Assembly (NCBI GenBank): GCA_964291215.2
Contig: OZ219790.1
Location: 1,760,001 to 1,824,000, forward strand
Length of the DNA stretch: 64,000 nt
Direction of reading: 5' to 3'
From: Alphaproteobacteria bacterium
GTDB taxonomy: Bacteria > Pseudomonadota > Alphaproteobacteria > MPNO01 > UBA830
Shown: in pieces, positions 10,761 to 20,396 of the stretch
How positions within the stretch are numbered: position 1 is the first letter of the stretch
How the letters are laid out: the number at the start of each line of letters is the position of its first letter
Notes under the pieces: model-generated
The model's input: the letters and a program-made list of their open reading frames with translations, nothing else
What the model was told of the DNA's origin: nothing
Database searches by the model: none
Translations under genes and position numbers: made by a program

Positions 10761-11060
10761 TCACCGCTTCGCCACGTAGCCGGGCTCCCATGGCGCGGGC
10801 CGCTTCAACACTTCCACCATCTCCGGAACCGGGGCGGCAGGGCGCGCCAGCACGTCCATGAACTGGGCGAAGCCTTCCGGGCTCATCCGGATCAGCCCCT
10901 GTTCCATCACGACCTCCTCGGCCGCGCGCACGGCAGCGTCGCGCACGAAGTCGGTTCGCGAGCGGCCGCGCAGGCTCGATGCGCGATCGATCATTGCGAC
11001 GTCCGCCTCGGGCAGGCGCATCGAGATCGGGTATTCCTTGCGTTCGACGGTCGTGGCCAT
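10761..11060 (-). CDS. DUF1778 ribbon-helix-helix antitoxin (TacA-like)
   Basis: PISMRLPEADVAMIDRA, RSRTDFVRDAA, APWE; immediately upstream of the GNAT toxin. Confidence 0.88.
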   Translation of the reverse strand: MATTVERKEYPISMRLPEADVAMIDRASSLRGRSRTDFVRDAAVRAAEEVVMEQGLIRMSPEGFAQFMDVLARPAAPVPEMVEVLKRPAPWEPGYVAKR

Positions 11061-11091
11061 AGCGAGTCTCCTTGGTCGGCATATAGCGCCT

Positions 11092-11112
11092 TGTATCGCT
11101 AATTACAATACA
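11092..11112. promoter_or_regulatory. possible autoregulatory operator of the TacAT-like operon
   Basis: Imperfect palindrome TGTATCG-N7-CAATACA upstream of the antitoxin start. Confidence 0.3.
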
Positions 11113-11239
11113 CCAAGGTTATCTCAACAGTCAACGACCTTGTATGACTAGGTTTTGTCCCCGTGATGATGCAATCATCCACAGCGGCCGGGGACGGGAA
11201 AATGTGGATAACCTCGACTGTGGGAGAGCGCCCGGTCCA

Positions 11240-11450
11240 TAGTTGCAGAGAGATTCCGCTCCCCTGTGCGAGCACGCATAGGGGAGCGGGGGTGCGGGGA
11301 TCAAACGATCTCCGCGGAGGTTGCCGTTTCGGCCTTGGCCTTGCAGAGCCGCGAACGAGCTTGGTCGGCCAACCTCCCTTGGCGTCCCTTGCGTCCTGAA
11401 TGGATGCCCGAGTTTGAACCGTATCATCACAAGGCGAGGAGCAAGGGACG
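11240..11450 (+). ncRNA. candidate IS110 bridge RNA
   Basis: Three stems (11256-11289; 11316-11377; 11383-11450); the latter two enclose sequences matching the target flank and the donor ends; boundaries approximate. Confidence 0.65.
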
Positions 11451-12265
11451 ATGGTCAAGGTAGTAGCAGGGGTCAGCAAGGCCAGTCTAGACATCCGTGC
11501 GGCGGCGCGTCGTTTTGCGAACGACGCCACGAGCTGGCGGGCACGTGGCTTCGCAGCCTCGAGGTGACCCGTGTGGTGGGCGACAGGCCGCTATCACCGC
11601 AGGGTTTACCAGTGTCTTCATGACCGGGGCTTCGAGGTTGTCCTGCCCGCTGCGGGCTTCGCCGAAGCGTTGGGCCATCTGGCCAACCGCGTCGACGCTG
11701 GCCAAGATCGGCACGGTGCGATCTCGAGCCTGTAGCTCCTCAGGGTGCCTTCCTCAAGAGCCTGGAGGATCTCCTGGTGCCGCGCTTGTCGACGCCAGGC
11801 AGGTGGCAGATGAGGTGGATGGCGAGACCGTCACAAGGGCCTCGGCGGCCGATCTCGATGATTGACGGGCTGGATGCGGCGATCAAAGCGGTGATCGTCC
11901 GTGATCCCGAGCAGAGGTACGGCATCCTGACCTCGATCCCCGGTCCGGTGACCGCCGCCGCCCTTCTGGATGCCCGAACTCGGCAGCGTCGGCAGCCTTG
12001 ATCGGGGTGGCGCCGATGGCCAACGACCACGGTGCCCGGCACATCCGAGGCGGGCGCAAAAGGCCACGCGATCTCCTGTTCATGGCCGCAACCTCGGCGG
12101 CACGCTTCAACGCGGACCTGGTGTTCGAACGCCTCAAGACCGCCAGCAAGGCCCACAAGGTCGCCATTGTCGCCGTGATGCGCAACGTGCTGGCAAACAC
12201 CTTGCTGCAACAGCAGCGTTGCTGGTCGCCCGAAGCACCGGTGAGTGAGCGAAGGAGACCCCCTC

Positions 12266-12543
12266 ATGGCCCTCACCCCTGCCTAGAAACAGCGCCGTTA
12301 TCGGGAACGCCGCAAATCTCCGCCGTCCACCACGGAAAGCCCCGTCGTTCCCGTGCGCAACGCTGGCGCGATGCGGTCGCCGAGCTCGGTGCATTGCAGG
12401 AGCACTATCGGGATTGTCTCGACAGCCTCCCCGACTCCCTGCGCGACACGGCTTACGGAGAACGTCTGCAGATCATCGTCGAGGCAGACATCGAGATCCT
12501 CGAGGAGATCGAACCGCCACGCGGCTACGGACGGGACACATGA
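12266..12543 (+). pseudogene. small hypothetical passenger gene within IS110
   Basis: AAGGAG RBS, MALTPA*KQRRYRER, then a frameshift into RRSRAQRWRDAV...IEPPRGYGRD. Confidence 0.55.
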
Positions 12544-12825
12544 CACTCGGGGCCGCATTGACAACGGTAACGTTATCATGCCCGGGGACGCTGGGCGGCA
12601 AGGTGGCCGCGCTCACGTGACCAATGGACGGCAACCCGCCGCCGGAACCACAAGCTGCATGTCGTCTCGCTCGCAGGACATCGACAAGGCGGAACCCCAG
12701 ACCGCCTGTGGACAACCACGGAAAACATCACCGCGGACACCCGCAAAAACCTTGCCAGAAACCATGGATGCTCATAAGGAGAGGCGCCGAGGCGGATGAT
12801 GATCGGGCCAGCGAGAGTTTCCGAT

Positions 12826-13125
12826 AGGTTATTTCACTATGCCAAGGCACGCCAGACTACGCCGGGCCACGCTATGACACGATTTTCCGCGCCAATCGCC
12901 GCCGAATCTTCGCCTTAAAATTCCGTTGCTTATGCTTTTCTCAGGGCGAATTCTGCAAGTTATGACCTTGCGAGCCCCAGAAAACCCAGCAAAGATGACA
13001 AGAGGAGAGCACGAAGCGCTGCTCGAATTCTTGCTGCTGGACGAGCCGGAGCTGACGTTTACGCCGCACGGCAATCCCGACCCTCGCCTTCTGCGTCTGG
13101 TCGGCATTCTGGCGAGGCAGACGGC
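12826..13125 (+). mobile_element. possible ISAzo13-like end and transposase N-terminal remnant
   Basis: Lower-GC segment that truncates ParB; LLDEPEL followed after a frameshift by YAARQS weakly resembles ISAzo13 N-termini. Confidence 0.25.
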
Positions 13126-13546
13126 GCAGGACCGACTGGCCGGCGTCGGCCAGCTCCTTGAACGCGACCACCTGGTCGGCGGGGTGCATCGGCACGCGGA
13201 TGACGTTCTCGGCGAGCGAGAGTTCGGAGGGATCGGCGTCGCCAGACCTGACCTGGCAGGGAACCGGATGGTCGGCATCGATCACCTTGTCCTCGACCAG
13301 CTCCTGCATGGCCTTCAGGCGGCGGCCGCCGGCGACCACGGCATAGCGCTCGATGCAGTCCTCGGCCGGGTCATCGGCGCGGACGACGAGGTTCTCCAGC
13401 AGGCCGAGGGCGGCGATGGAGGCCTTGAGCGAAGCGTCGGCCTGCGCATCGGGCGGGGTCTTTCGGACGTTCTCGGGGGCGAGCGCGAGCCGGGCGAGCG
13501 GGATGTCCCGGATGAGCGGTTCGGCCCTGGGGGCGATGTAGTTCAT
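13126..13546 (-). pseudogene. ParB/Spo0J-family protein of ICE/plasmid type, C-terminally truncated
   Basis: IPLARLALAPENVRK, LKASIAALGLLENLVV, VVAGGRRLKA, SLAENVIRVPMHPADQ. Confidence 0.8.
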
Positions 13547-13838
13547 TCCAGTCTCCATGGAGGGTTGCACCGGCGCGGCGCAGCCGGCTCTCGCCGCCTG
13601 CCGCCACGCCCGCCCCCGACCGGCTGCTCTCCGGCTCCGGGAGGCGCAGCCCGACCGTCACCGCCGCCGGAAACGGCGGACGGTGCGGTACGGCGGTATC
13701 GGAAACGGTGGAAGAAGGCGCGCGGGCGGCGGCGGATGAGCGGTGGCCGGCGCTGGGGAAAGTGTCCCGGGTCGTGGACCGGAGAGTCGGCCGGCTATTG
13801 GACGGCCGTGATCGCGAGGGTCCGGAGTGCGCGGCCGT

Positions 13839-14120
13839 TCAGAGGCCGAGTTCGCTGTGCGAGCCGAGACGCACGAGTTCGAGATGTTCGGCGTCGGGCT
13901 TGCGGTAGATGAGGACCAAGTCGGGCCGGACGTGACAGTCGCGGTGGTCCTTCCATTGCCCGCCCAGCGCGTGGTCGCGATGGCGCGGCGGGAGCGGCCG
14001 GTCCTCCGCCAGTTCGGCCACCACATGGGCAAGTTCGGAATCGACGGTGCTGGCGAAGCGGCCCTTCTTCTCGCGCTTGTAATCCCGCTTGAAGGCCGTG
14101 GTCCGTCTAATCGTCCGCAT
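13839..14120 (-). CDS. yafQ: YafQ-family mRNA interferase toxin
   Basis: TTAFKRDYKR, DHALGGQWKDHRDCHVRPDLVLIY, LVRLGSHSEL. Confidence 0.92.
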   Translation of the reverse strand: MRTIRRTTAFKRDYKREKKGRFASTVDSELAHVVAELAEDRPLPPRHRDHALGGQWKDHRDCHVRPDLVLIYRKPDAEHLELVRLGSHSELGL

Positions 14121-14364
14121 GGAGGTCGGCCATCAGGCCGTCGACATCGCCGACCGTGACCAGGTCGCCCCGCCGCGCGGCCTCCATGGCCGCGACGGTC
14201 TCCGCATTCGGCACCAGGGGCTCGAACGGCAGGCGTTTCTCGGTCGCGATCCGCACCATCATCAGGCGGAAGGCGTCCGACACGGTGAGGCCGATCGCGT
14301 CGAGCACGGCGGCGGCTTCCTGCTTGGTCTTTTCGTCGATGCGAGCCCGAACGACGGTGCGCAT
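14107..14364 (-). CDS. dinJ: DinJ/RelB-family antitoxin
   Basis: VVRARIDEKTKQEAAAVL..GLTVSDAFRL, LPFEPLVPNAET; overlaps the yafQ start; AGGAGG RBS. Confidence 0.9.
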   Translation of the reverse strand: MRTVVRARIDEKTKQEAAAVLDAIGLTVSDAFRLMMVRIATEKRLPFEPLVPNAETVAAMEAARRGDLVTVGDVDGLMADLHADD

Positions 14365-14383
14365 TTGTCGATCCTCCTGATTG

Positions 14384-14398
14384 GGCCACAATGTAGCC
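14384..14398. promoter_or_regulatory. probable dinJ-yafQ operator
   Basis: Near-palindrome GGCCACA-A-TGTAGCC just upstream of the dinJ RBS. Confidence 0.45.
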
Positions 14399-14501
14399 TG
14401 TGGTTGGCGGGATGTCCACGTCGCGACATGCTCTGGATGGATGTGGCATTGGTCGCCGCGTACCAGGAACCGCCCGGGCGCCCGGCTCCGGAAGCGCCGT
14501 A

Positions 14502-14762
14502 TCATGGCCGACCGTCTTGCGCACGATGGCGGATGTCGAAGCCGGTTTCGTGCTGGGCCTCGACCTGTTTCGCGGCGGCGTCGAGGAGATCGGCGGCCTT
14601 GCGAAGACCGCCCGCCGCATCGCGCAGGCAACGGGCGCTGACCGGGGCGTCGGGGTAGAGGTCGGCGTCGGCGGTCCATGCGATCCAGAAGGCGAGCTTC
14701 GCCAAGGTTTCGAGCGCCCGCCTGAGCGCCTCGGCCGGGGCGCCGTGGACGGCCCGGGTCAC
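14502..14762 (-). CDS. hypothetical protein
   Basis: GTG overlaps the stop of the upstream vWA gene; helical-looking sequence, no recognised motif. Confidence 0.4.
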   Translation of the reverse strand: MTRAVHGAPAEALRRALETLAKLAFWIAWTADADLYPDAPVSARCLRDAAGGLRKAADLLDAAAKQVEAQHETGFDIRHRAQDGRP

Positions 14763-15021
14763 GGCGCCGCGCTCCCGGAAAGGGCCATGTCGATGCGCTC
14801 GCCCCAGGGCTCGCGGTTCCACTCCTCCGGCGGCTCCGACCAATTGCACCAAACTGTCGGGAAACCAGGTTCGGTTTCGGGGTAGTCCGAGCACTCCATG
14901 TCGGTGAAATAGAGGCAGACCGCGGGCCGGATTCCCTGCTCGTCGAGCCACTCGAAGCCCGGCCGGAAGTCCGTGCCGCCGCGCCCCTTCACGACGATTT
15001 CGTCGGGGAGGTCGTCGGGCG
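14759..15021 (-). pseudogene. DUF2201/vWA-like protein C-terminal fragment
   Basis: GRGGTDFRPGF, CLYFTDM, PTVW; cut at an IS256 end. Confidence 0.7.
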
Positions 15022-15090
15022 GGTACTGTAACTTGATGTCTGGAAATTTGTCTGAGGTTTGCGCTTTGAGGCGTTTCACTGGGGGGCTAG
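15022..15090 (+). repeat. IS256-like left end (arm 1 of an inverted pair)
   Basis: Matches 2458-2488 + 3715-3752; reverse complement of 17032-17105. Confidence 0.8.
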
Positions 15091-17031
15091 CCCTGCCGTG
15101 TCATGACAAATCTGGTTGACAATGGTTTACGTGTTCACGCGTGTCTTTGTCCATCCCGGAACCCGATTTCCCGGCCGATTTGGTGACCCAGTGCGGCGCT
15201 GGTGTGTCTGGCCACATGATCTGGTGACCCGGGCGTGCTGCGGTAGCCGCCGAGATGGGCGACCAGGTGCACCGCATCGGCGAGACGCTCCGGTTCCTTC
15301 AGGGCGTACTTGTGTGCGTAGTCGCGCGAGTTCGCTGTCGGTGAACATCAGCTGCGGCTCGCACCTGGCGGCCGAGCAGGGTCATGACCATGATGCGCCA
15401 TGCGATGACGGCGTTGATCGCCCGCTGCAGGCGGTGCGGAACAGCAGGTGTTCCACCCTGCATCCGGATTTGAGCACGTAATCCTCGATTCGCCAGCGCT
15501 GAAGGTAGAAGCCGACGATGTCGGCCGCCTCCTTCGCCAACCCGCACGGTGGTCAGCAGGCACCACGGGATCCTCACCCTCGGGCGCTCCCTGACCCCGT
15601 GCAGGGACACCGGCTTCGCGCTGGGGGCGGTGCCCGTCACGGGTGACGGACCGTAACTCGCCAGGCGCTTCTGTCGCGCGGGCCTTCTTCCGGCTGGCTT
15701 GCTCCGTCAGTCCCTCGATCTCAATCAGGCCGCCGGCCATGACGGCGAACAGCCTTCCCTCCTTCAGCACCCTGTCATGCTTGGCGCGCAGATCGACGCG
15801 GGGCAAGCGCGTGTCGAACAGCTCGAAGATGTCGGCTTCCCGACGGAGATGACGCGCGTCTTGCCGCCGGGGTGGCAGCGCCTTGAACCCCTCGAGCTGC
15901 GGCGTGTCTCCTGCGACCGGGGCTTCACCGGACCCAGCACCCCGAGTGGCAGGTCAGTCACCGCCAGGGTCGCGTGCAGGCTTGAGGCCCCGGTCTGGTT
16001 CTCACCTGCAGGCCGGGAGAAGTTCAGGTCCGTGCCGCAAGAACCGTCTTCTGGCCACGGATGCTGCCGGTGCGGCGCAAGAATGTTCGCCGGCGTGATC
16101 TCCGAGGGCGACCATCCGGTAAAACGCATTGATCGCGGTGTTGTCGGCGCTGGGAGACGCATTGATCTTCTGACCGGCCGCCAGAAGGCCGGCGCTCCAG
16201 GCGCGCAGAAAGTCGCTTGTCACCCCCCTCCAAACTCGTTCTGCGCCCAGTCGTTCAGACCTTCGCCCGGCGAGGGCGCATGATCGACCTCCCCAGCTTC
16301 CTGCGCGCTCCAGTTCGGCCACGAAGACCGTCTTCACCGTCTCCCAGTCCTGCCGGCCTTCGGTCCTGCACAGGAAGTTGGCCGCGCGCAAGCAGGGTAA
16401 CCTTCATCGGCAAAACTGAGCCATGGTCGAAACGGTCCTCGAAGTCACGCGGCGCAGGATGCGCACATGGCTGGGCGGGCAGAGCACCTGATCAAGAAAC
16501 GGCTCAGACAGACGATCCGCTGCAGGTGGTTCCGGCGCTGCCCGTCGTTCCATCCAGCGGTCCCGCGCCGCGCGGCGGCGGCAAACCCCGCCACCCGTGC
16601 GCCGAGCCCACGAGATATTGGCAGCCGGCGAAGGTCGTCGCGGGTGTTCACGCGCAATCAGCGTGACCGCCCGGTCAATACGATCCCCGACCACGATGAT
16701 CCCGAATGCGCGCGCCGGAACCTCTGCAGCGATACCAACAGGCGAGGCCGGCGGTCGATTGTCGGTGACTTCGGCGCCGGCAGGACGATCTCCGGGCGCC
16801 CTCAGCGCCTTCATGCAGCCGGCAAGCTGCAGACGGCCGCGCGCGTCGACAAAGGCAAACTCCTCGCAGACGACCCAGAGCCGACCGGCTGTCGAACTGC
16901 TCACAGGACAGCAGCGACGCGATCCGCGCAACTGCTGCCTCGTCCCGCAATGTGCGGCTGATCTGTGACATGGGACACTTATGCCACGCCGAAACACCGT
17001 TGTCAGCTAAAATTTCCGTGACATGCGAGGG
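15091..17031 (-). mobile_element. IS4-family (Tn5/IS50-like) element, decayed
   Basis: IRs CCCTGCCGTGTCATGACAAAT / AATTTCCGTGACATGCGAGGG; CTAG duplication; fragments LHATLAVT, LRAKHDRVL, WCLLTT, LQRAINAVIAWRIMVMTLLGR. Confidence 0.75.
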
Positions 17032-17105
17032 CTAGCCCCCCCCCCCAGTGAAACGCCTCAAAGCGCAAACCTCAGACAAATTTCCAGACATCAAGTTACA
17101 GTACC
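17032..17105 (-). repeat. IS256-like left end (arm 2, inverted)
   Basis: Reverse complement of 15022-15090 except for an expanded C-run (11 vs 6). Confidence 0.8.
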
Positions 17106-17685
17106 AAAGCGGGGGGCGGGGGTATGCCGGGGAGACCAACCGGCTCAACCGCGAGCGTCGGGCGCGAGCGACCGCGCGGAGCTGGCCGGGATCGAGAAGA
17201 AAATCGCGTCGATGCTCGACGCCATTGAGGAGGGTGGCTACGTGCGGGGTATGTCCGACCGGCTCCGCGAGCTGGAGGCCCGCCAGGACGAGATCAACGA
17301 ACGGCTGTCAGCCGCTCCGGTCGACATCCCGGACGTTCACCCCAACATTGCCGGCGTCTACCGCCGCAAGGTGGAGCGACTCGCGGAGGCGCTGGCCGAT
17401 CCCCGCGACCAGGCGGCGGAAGCCATAAGGGGGCTGATCGAGCGGATCGTGCTGACCCCCGGCGCGAAGCATGGCGAGTTGCACGCCGCGCTCCATGGCG
17501 ACCTCGGCACCATCCTCGAATGGGCCGGGAGCGGCAGGGCGAAGGGAACGACCGACATCCTGCGAGGCAGAATGTCGGTCTCGGTGGTAGCGGGGGCTCG
17601 CAACGTCTTTTGTTATAACTTGGAATCGGCTTCGGGTTTTGCGCCCGGAAACGATGTCGAGGATGTTCATTACCTCGCCGCGTAA
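17106..17685 (+). pseudogene. large serine recombinase C-terminal fragment
   Basis: DIPDVHPNIAGVYRRKVERLAEAL, AAEAIRGLIERIVLTP, SVVAGARN; paralogous to the C-terminus of the convergent recombinase. Confidence 0.75.
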
Positions 17686-19227
17686 GGTGGCGTTGACCTC
17701 GCCGCGCTTGTCGCCGGGCTCAAGCACCACTTCGTCGACCAGCGCGCGGAACGCCTCGGCGGCCTGATCGCGCAGTTCGGGATCGGCCAGAGCCTCGCTC
17801 AACAGCGTCACCTTGGCCTTGTAGATTTCGGCGATGTTGGGGTGGATGTCCGGAACATCCTCAGGCGCCTGTTCCATGCGCGCCAGAAGTTCGGCCTTCT
17901 GGCGTTCCAGTTCCTCCATCCGATCCTTCATGGCCGGCTGATACATGCCGTCATCGATCGCTGCCATGATGCCGGCGATGCCGCGTTCGACCTTCTCCAG
18001 CGCCTTGCGGTCAAATTCCGCCTGCGCCCGGCGTTCACGGTTCTGCTGATTGAGCGCTTCTGCGTAGGCCCGGACGGCCTCCGCCACCGCATCGGCAGAA
18101 ACGAGCTTCTCGGTGAGGCCCGTCAGAATGCGGGCCTCGATCTTCTCACGATGGATCGTGTGACCATTGTCGCAGGTCCCGCGGCGATAGCGGTTGAGGC
18201 AGCCATAGCGGTCGCGGGTGATGATGCCGTAATTGCCGCAGCAGCAGCCACATTTGAGTAGGCCCGAGAACAGAAAGGCCGGACGGCGCAGCTCGTTGAC
18301 GTGCTTGGCACGATAGGCGCGCACGCCTTTGGTGACATTCTCGAACTGCCTGGCGATTTCCTCCTGCCTCTGCCGCGCCGCCTGCCATAGGTCTTCGTCC
18401 ACGATGCGCAGGTCCGGCACCTCGGTCCTGATCCATTCGGACTCCGGATTGACCCGCGAGACGCGCTTTCCCGTCGCCGGGTTCTTGATGTAGCGCAGCC
18501 GGTTCCAGACCAGCACACCGGCATAGAGCTCGTTGTTGACGATGCCGGTGCCCCGGCAGACATGGCCGCGAATGGTGGTGTCGCCCCAAGCCTTGCCATT
18601 GGGACCGGGAATACCGTCGCGGTTGAGATCGGCGGCGATAGCCTTGGGGCTCTTGCCGGCGGCGAATTCGCGAAAGATGCGGCGGACGATCTCGGCCTCG
18701 GCCTCGTTGATCTTCCGCTCGCCGCGCACCTGCTCGCCATCGCCGTTGAGACGTTTCACGACGTCATAGCCATAGCAGAGCCCGCCGCCCGCCTTTCCCT
18801 TCTCGACGCGGCCGCGCAGGCCACGGTGGGTCTTGGCGGCGAGGTCTTTCAGGAACAGGGCGTTCATCGTGCCCTTGAGACCGACATGCAGCTCGGAGAT
18901 TTCGCCCTCAGCAAGCGTCATGAGCGTCACGCCGGCAAACTTGAAATGCTTGTAGAGAATGGCGACATCGGCTTGGTCGCGGCTGATGCGGTCCAACGCC
19001 TCCGCCAGCACGACCTCGAACTTGCCCGCCTGCGCGTCCTGCAGGAGCGCCTGGATGCCCGGCCGCAGAGTGACGCTGGCGCCCGAAATAGCGGCGTCCT
19101 TGAAAGCGCCCACGACCTTCCACTTCTCCCGCGCCGCCTGGTCCCGGCAGATGCGGAACTGGTCCTCGATGGAGGAGACGCTCTGGTTGTCCGAGGAGTA
19201 GCGGGCGTATAACGCAACGCGGGTCAT
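17308..19227 (-). CDS. large serine recombinase/integrase
   Basis: YARYSS catalytic Ser, EALDRISRD, recombinase domain YGY..., zinc ribbon LFSGLLKCGCC; the last ~90 aa are read-through beyond the att-like junction. Confidence 0.92.
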   Translation of the reverse strand: MTRVALYARYSSDNQSVSSIEDQFRICRDQAAREKWKVVGAFKDAAISGASVTLRPGIQALLQDAQAGKFEVVLAEALDRISRDQADVAILYKHFKFAGVTLMTLAEGEISELHVGLKGTMNALFLKDLAAKTHRGLRGRVEKGKAGGGLCYGYDVVKRLNGDGEQVRGERKINEAEAEIVRRIFREFAAGKSPKAIAADLNRDGIPGPNGKAWGDTTIRGHVCRGTGIVNNELYAGVLVWNRLRYIKNPATGKRVSRVNPESEWIRTEVPDLRIVDEDLWQAARQRQEEIARQFENVTKGVRAYRAKHVNELRRPAFLFSGLLKCGCCCGNYGIITRDRYGCLNRYRRGTCDNGHTIHREKIEARILTGLTEKLVSADAVAEAVRAYAEALNQQNRERRAQAEFDRKALEKVERGIAGIMAAIDDGMYQPAMKDRMEELERQKAELLARMEQAPEDVPDIHPNIAEIYKAKVTLLSEALADPELRDQAAEAFRALVDEVVLEPGDKRGEVNATLRGEVMNILDIVSGRKTRSRFQVITKDVASPRYHRDRHSASQDVGRSLRPAAPGPFEDGAEVAMERGVQLAMLRAGGQHDPLDQPPYGFRRLVAGIGQRLRESLHLAAVDAGNVGVNVRDVDRSG

Positions 19228-19601
19228 GAGATTTTCCTTCCTTTCAAAGCCGGAAGGTCACCCCTCCGGCTTCCGCCCCTCTTCCTCTCGCTCCAGATTG
19301 TCGTTGGCCGCCTGCCTCCGCCGCTTCCTCTCCCAGGCCGCGTAGTGCTCCCGCGCGATCTGGCGCCCGATGGCCCGCGCGATGGTGTCCAAGTGCCGCT
19401 CCGCTTCTTGCACCGCCCGTTGCTCGGGGCCGTTATCGTTCGCCGGAGGCGGGATGACCGCGGCCGGCTAGTCCTCCGTTTCCTTCATGAGCCGAACCTT
19501 TACAGTATTAGTACACACTGGAAAAGGATCACCCAAGGCGCGGATTACTCTTATGACCCCTATGTACGCTCATCATGCGTTCATGCCGACTTGCATGTCG
19601 C

Positions 19602-20396
19602 TCAAAGGATGCCTACCGACATCTGGGAGTCCGCAGCATCGACTCTCGATCCCGCGGGGATCGGAAACTGGTCCCAGGTTCTTCCGTCAAGCGTCCGGCC
19701 AGTCTTCTTCTTGTTCACGCCGCCCCATTGCTTGAAGTGGAAGGCAACACCGGCTTGGATGCACTGGTCACGAATCGACCGCACCCAGTCCGGGTTTATT
19801 GGGCGTGCGCCCGGCCCGCTCTCACCGCCAGCAATCACCCAGTCGACGCGCTCTAGATCAAGATCATCCATTGATCCAAGTAGGGGCTCGAGACTCAGAA
19901 ATCTAACGGCCGCGCCTGTCCTGCGCAGGTGATCAATGCGAAACTGATAGTCGGCATTCTCGACGCTGACGCCCATCCAAACGTTTTGCGGCCAGGTAAG
20001 AGCATTGGATAACTTCTCCAGCCTCTCAGCTCGCTTCGTCAGAATCTGGTAAGTGTGTTGAGGAGTCTCCTGCATTGTTGCGAACACTCGTTGGATGAAC
20101 TCCAGCGGCACATCTTCATGAAACAAATCCGACATCGAATTGACGAAGATCATTCTCCCCGTTTTCCAAGTGGCCGGGAGATTCAGGCTGTCCTCATCGA
20201 CACGAACCACACCGTTCCACTTGGGCTTACCGCCGGACATGCGGGTCGTACCCGCGTACTTCGGCTGCCCCATTGCCTCCAAACGCCGCGCCAGCCTCAT
20301 GGCGTAGCAGTTGGTGCATCCCGGTGAGATGACCGTACAGCCGACAACCGGATTCCAGGTCGACTCCGTCCATTCGATTGACGAGTTAGTGGCCAA
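19602..20396 (-). CDS. DUF5131 (phage Gp37/Gp68-like; three-Cys, radical-SAM-like) protein
   Basis: SSIEWTESTWNPVVGCTVISPGCTNCYA, FVNSMSDLFH, YQILTKR, FLSLEPLLG, WVIAGGESG, FHFKQWGG. Confidence 0.9.
   Translation of the reverse strand: MATNSSIEWTESTWNPVVGCTVISPGCTNCYAMRLARRLEAMGQPKYAGTTRMSGGKPKWNGVVRVDEDSLNLPATWKTGRMIFVNSMSDLFHEDVPLEFIQRVFATMQETPQHTYQILTKRAERLEKLSNALTWPQNVWMGVSVENADYQFRIDHLRRTGAAVRFLSLEPLLGSMDDLDLERVDWVIAGGESGPGARPINPDWVRSIRDQCIQAGVAFHFKQWGGVNKKKTGRTLDGRTWDQFPIPAGSRVDAADSQMSVGIL

Larger units (their letters stand above)
11139..12772 (+). mobile_element. IS110-family element with CT core, decayed recombinase and passenger ORF
   Basis: CT at 11139-11140 and 12771-12772; ATG 11451 MVKVVAG..VSKASLDI; SIPGPV, GVAPMANDHG..RHIRGGRKRPRDLLFMAA, KAHKVAIVAVMR. 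Confidence 0.8.

Noticed and set aside
19258-19488. Small ORF upstream of the integrase (ARAIGRQIAREHY)
   Set aside because: Plausible accessory gene, but it has a TAG at codon 7 and no assignable function
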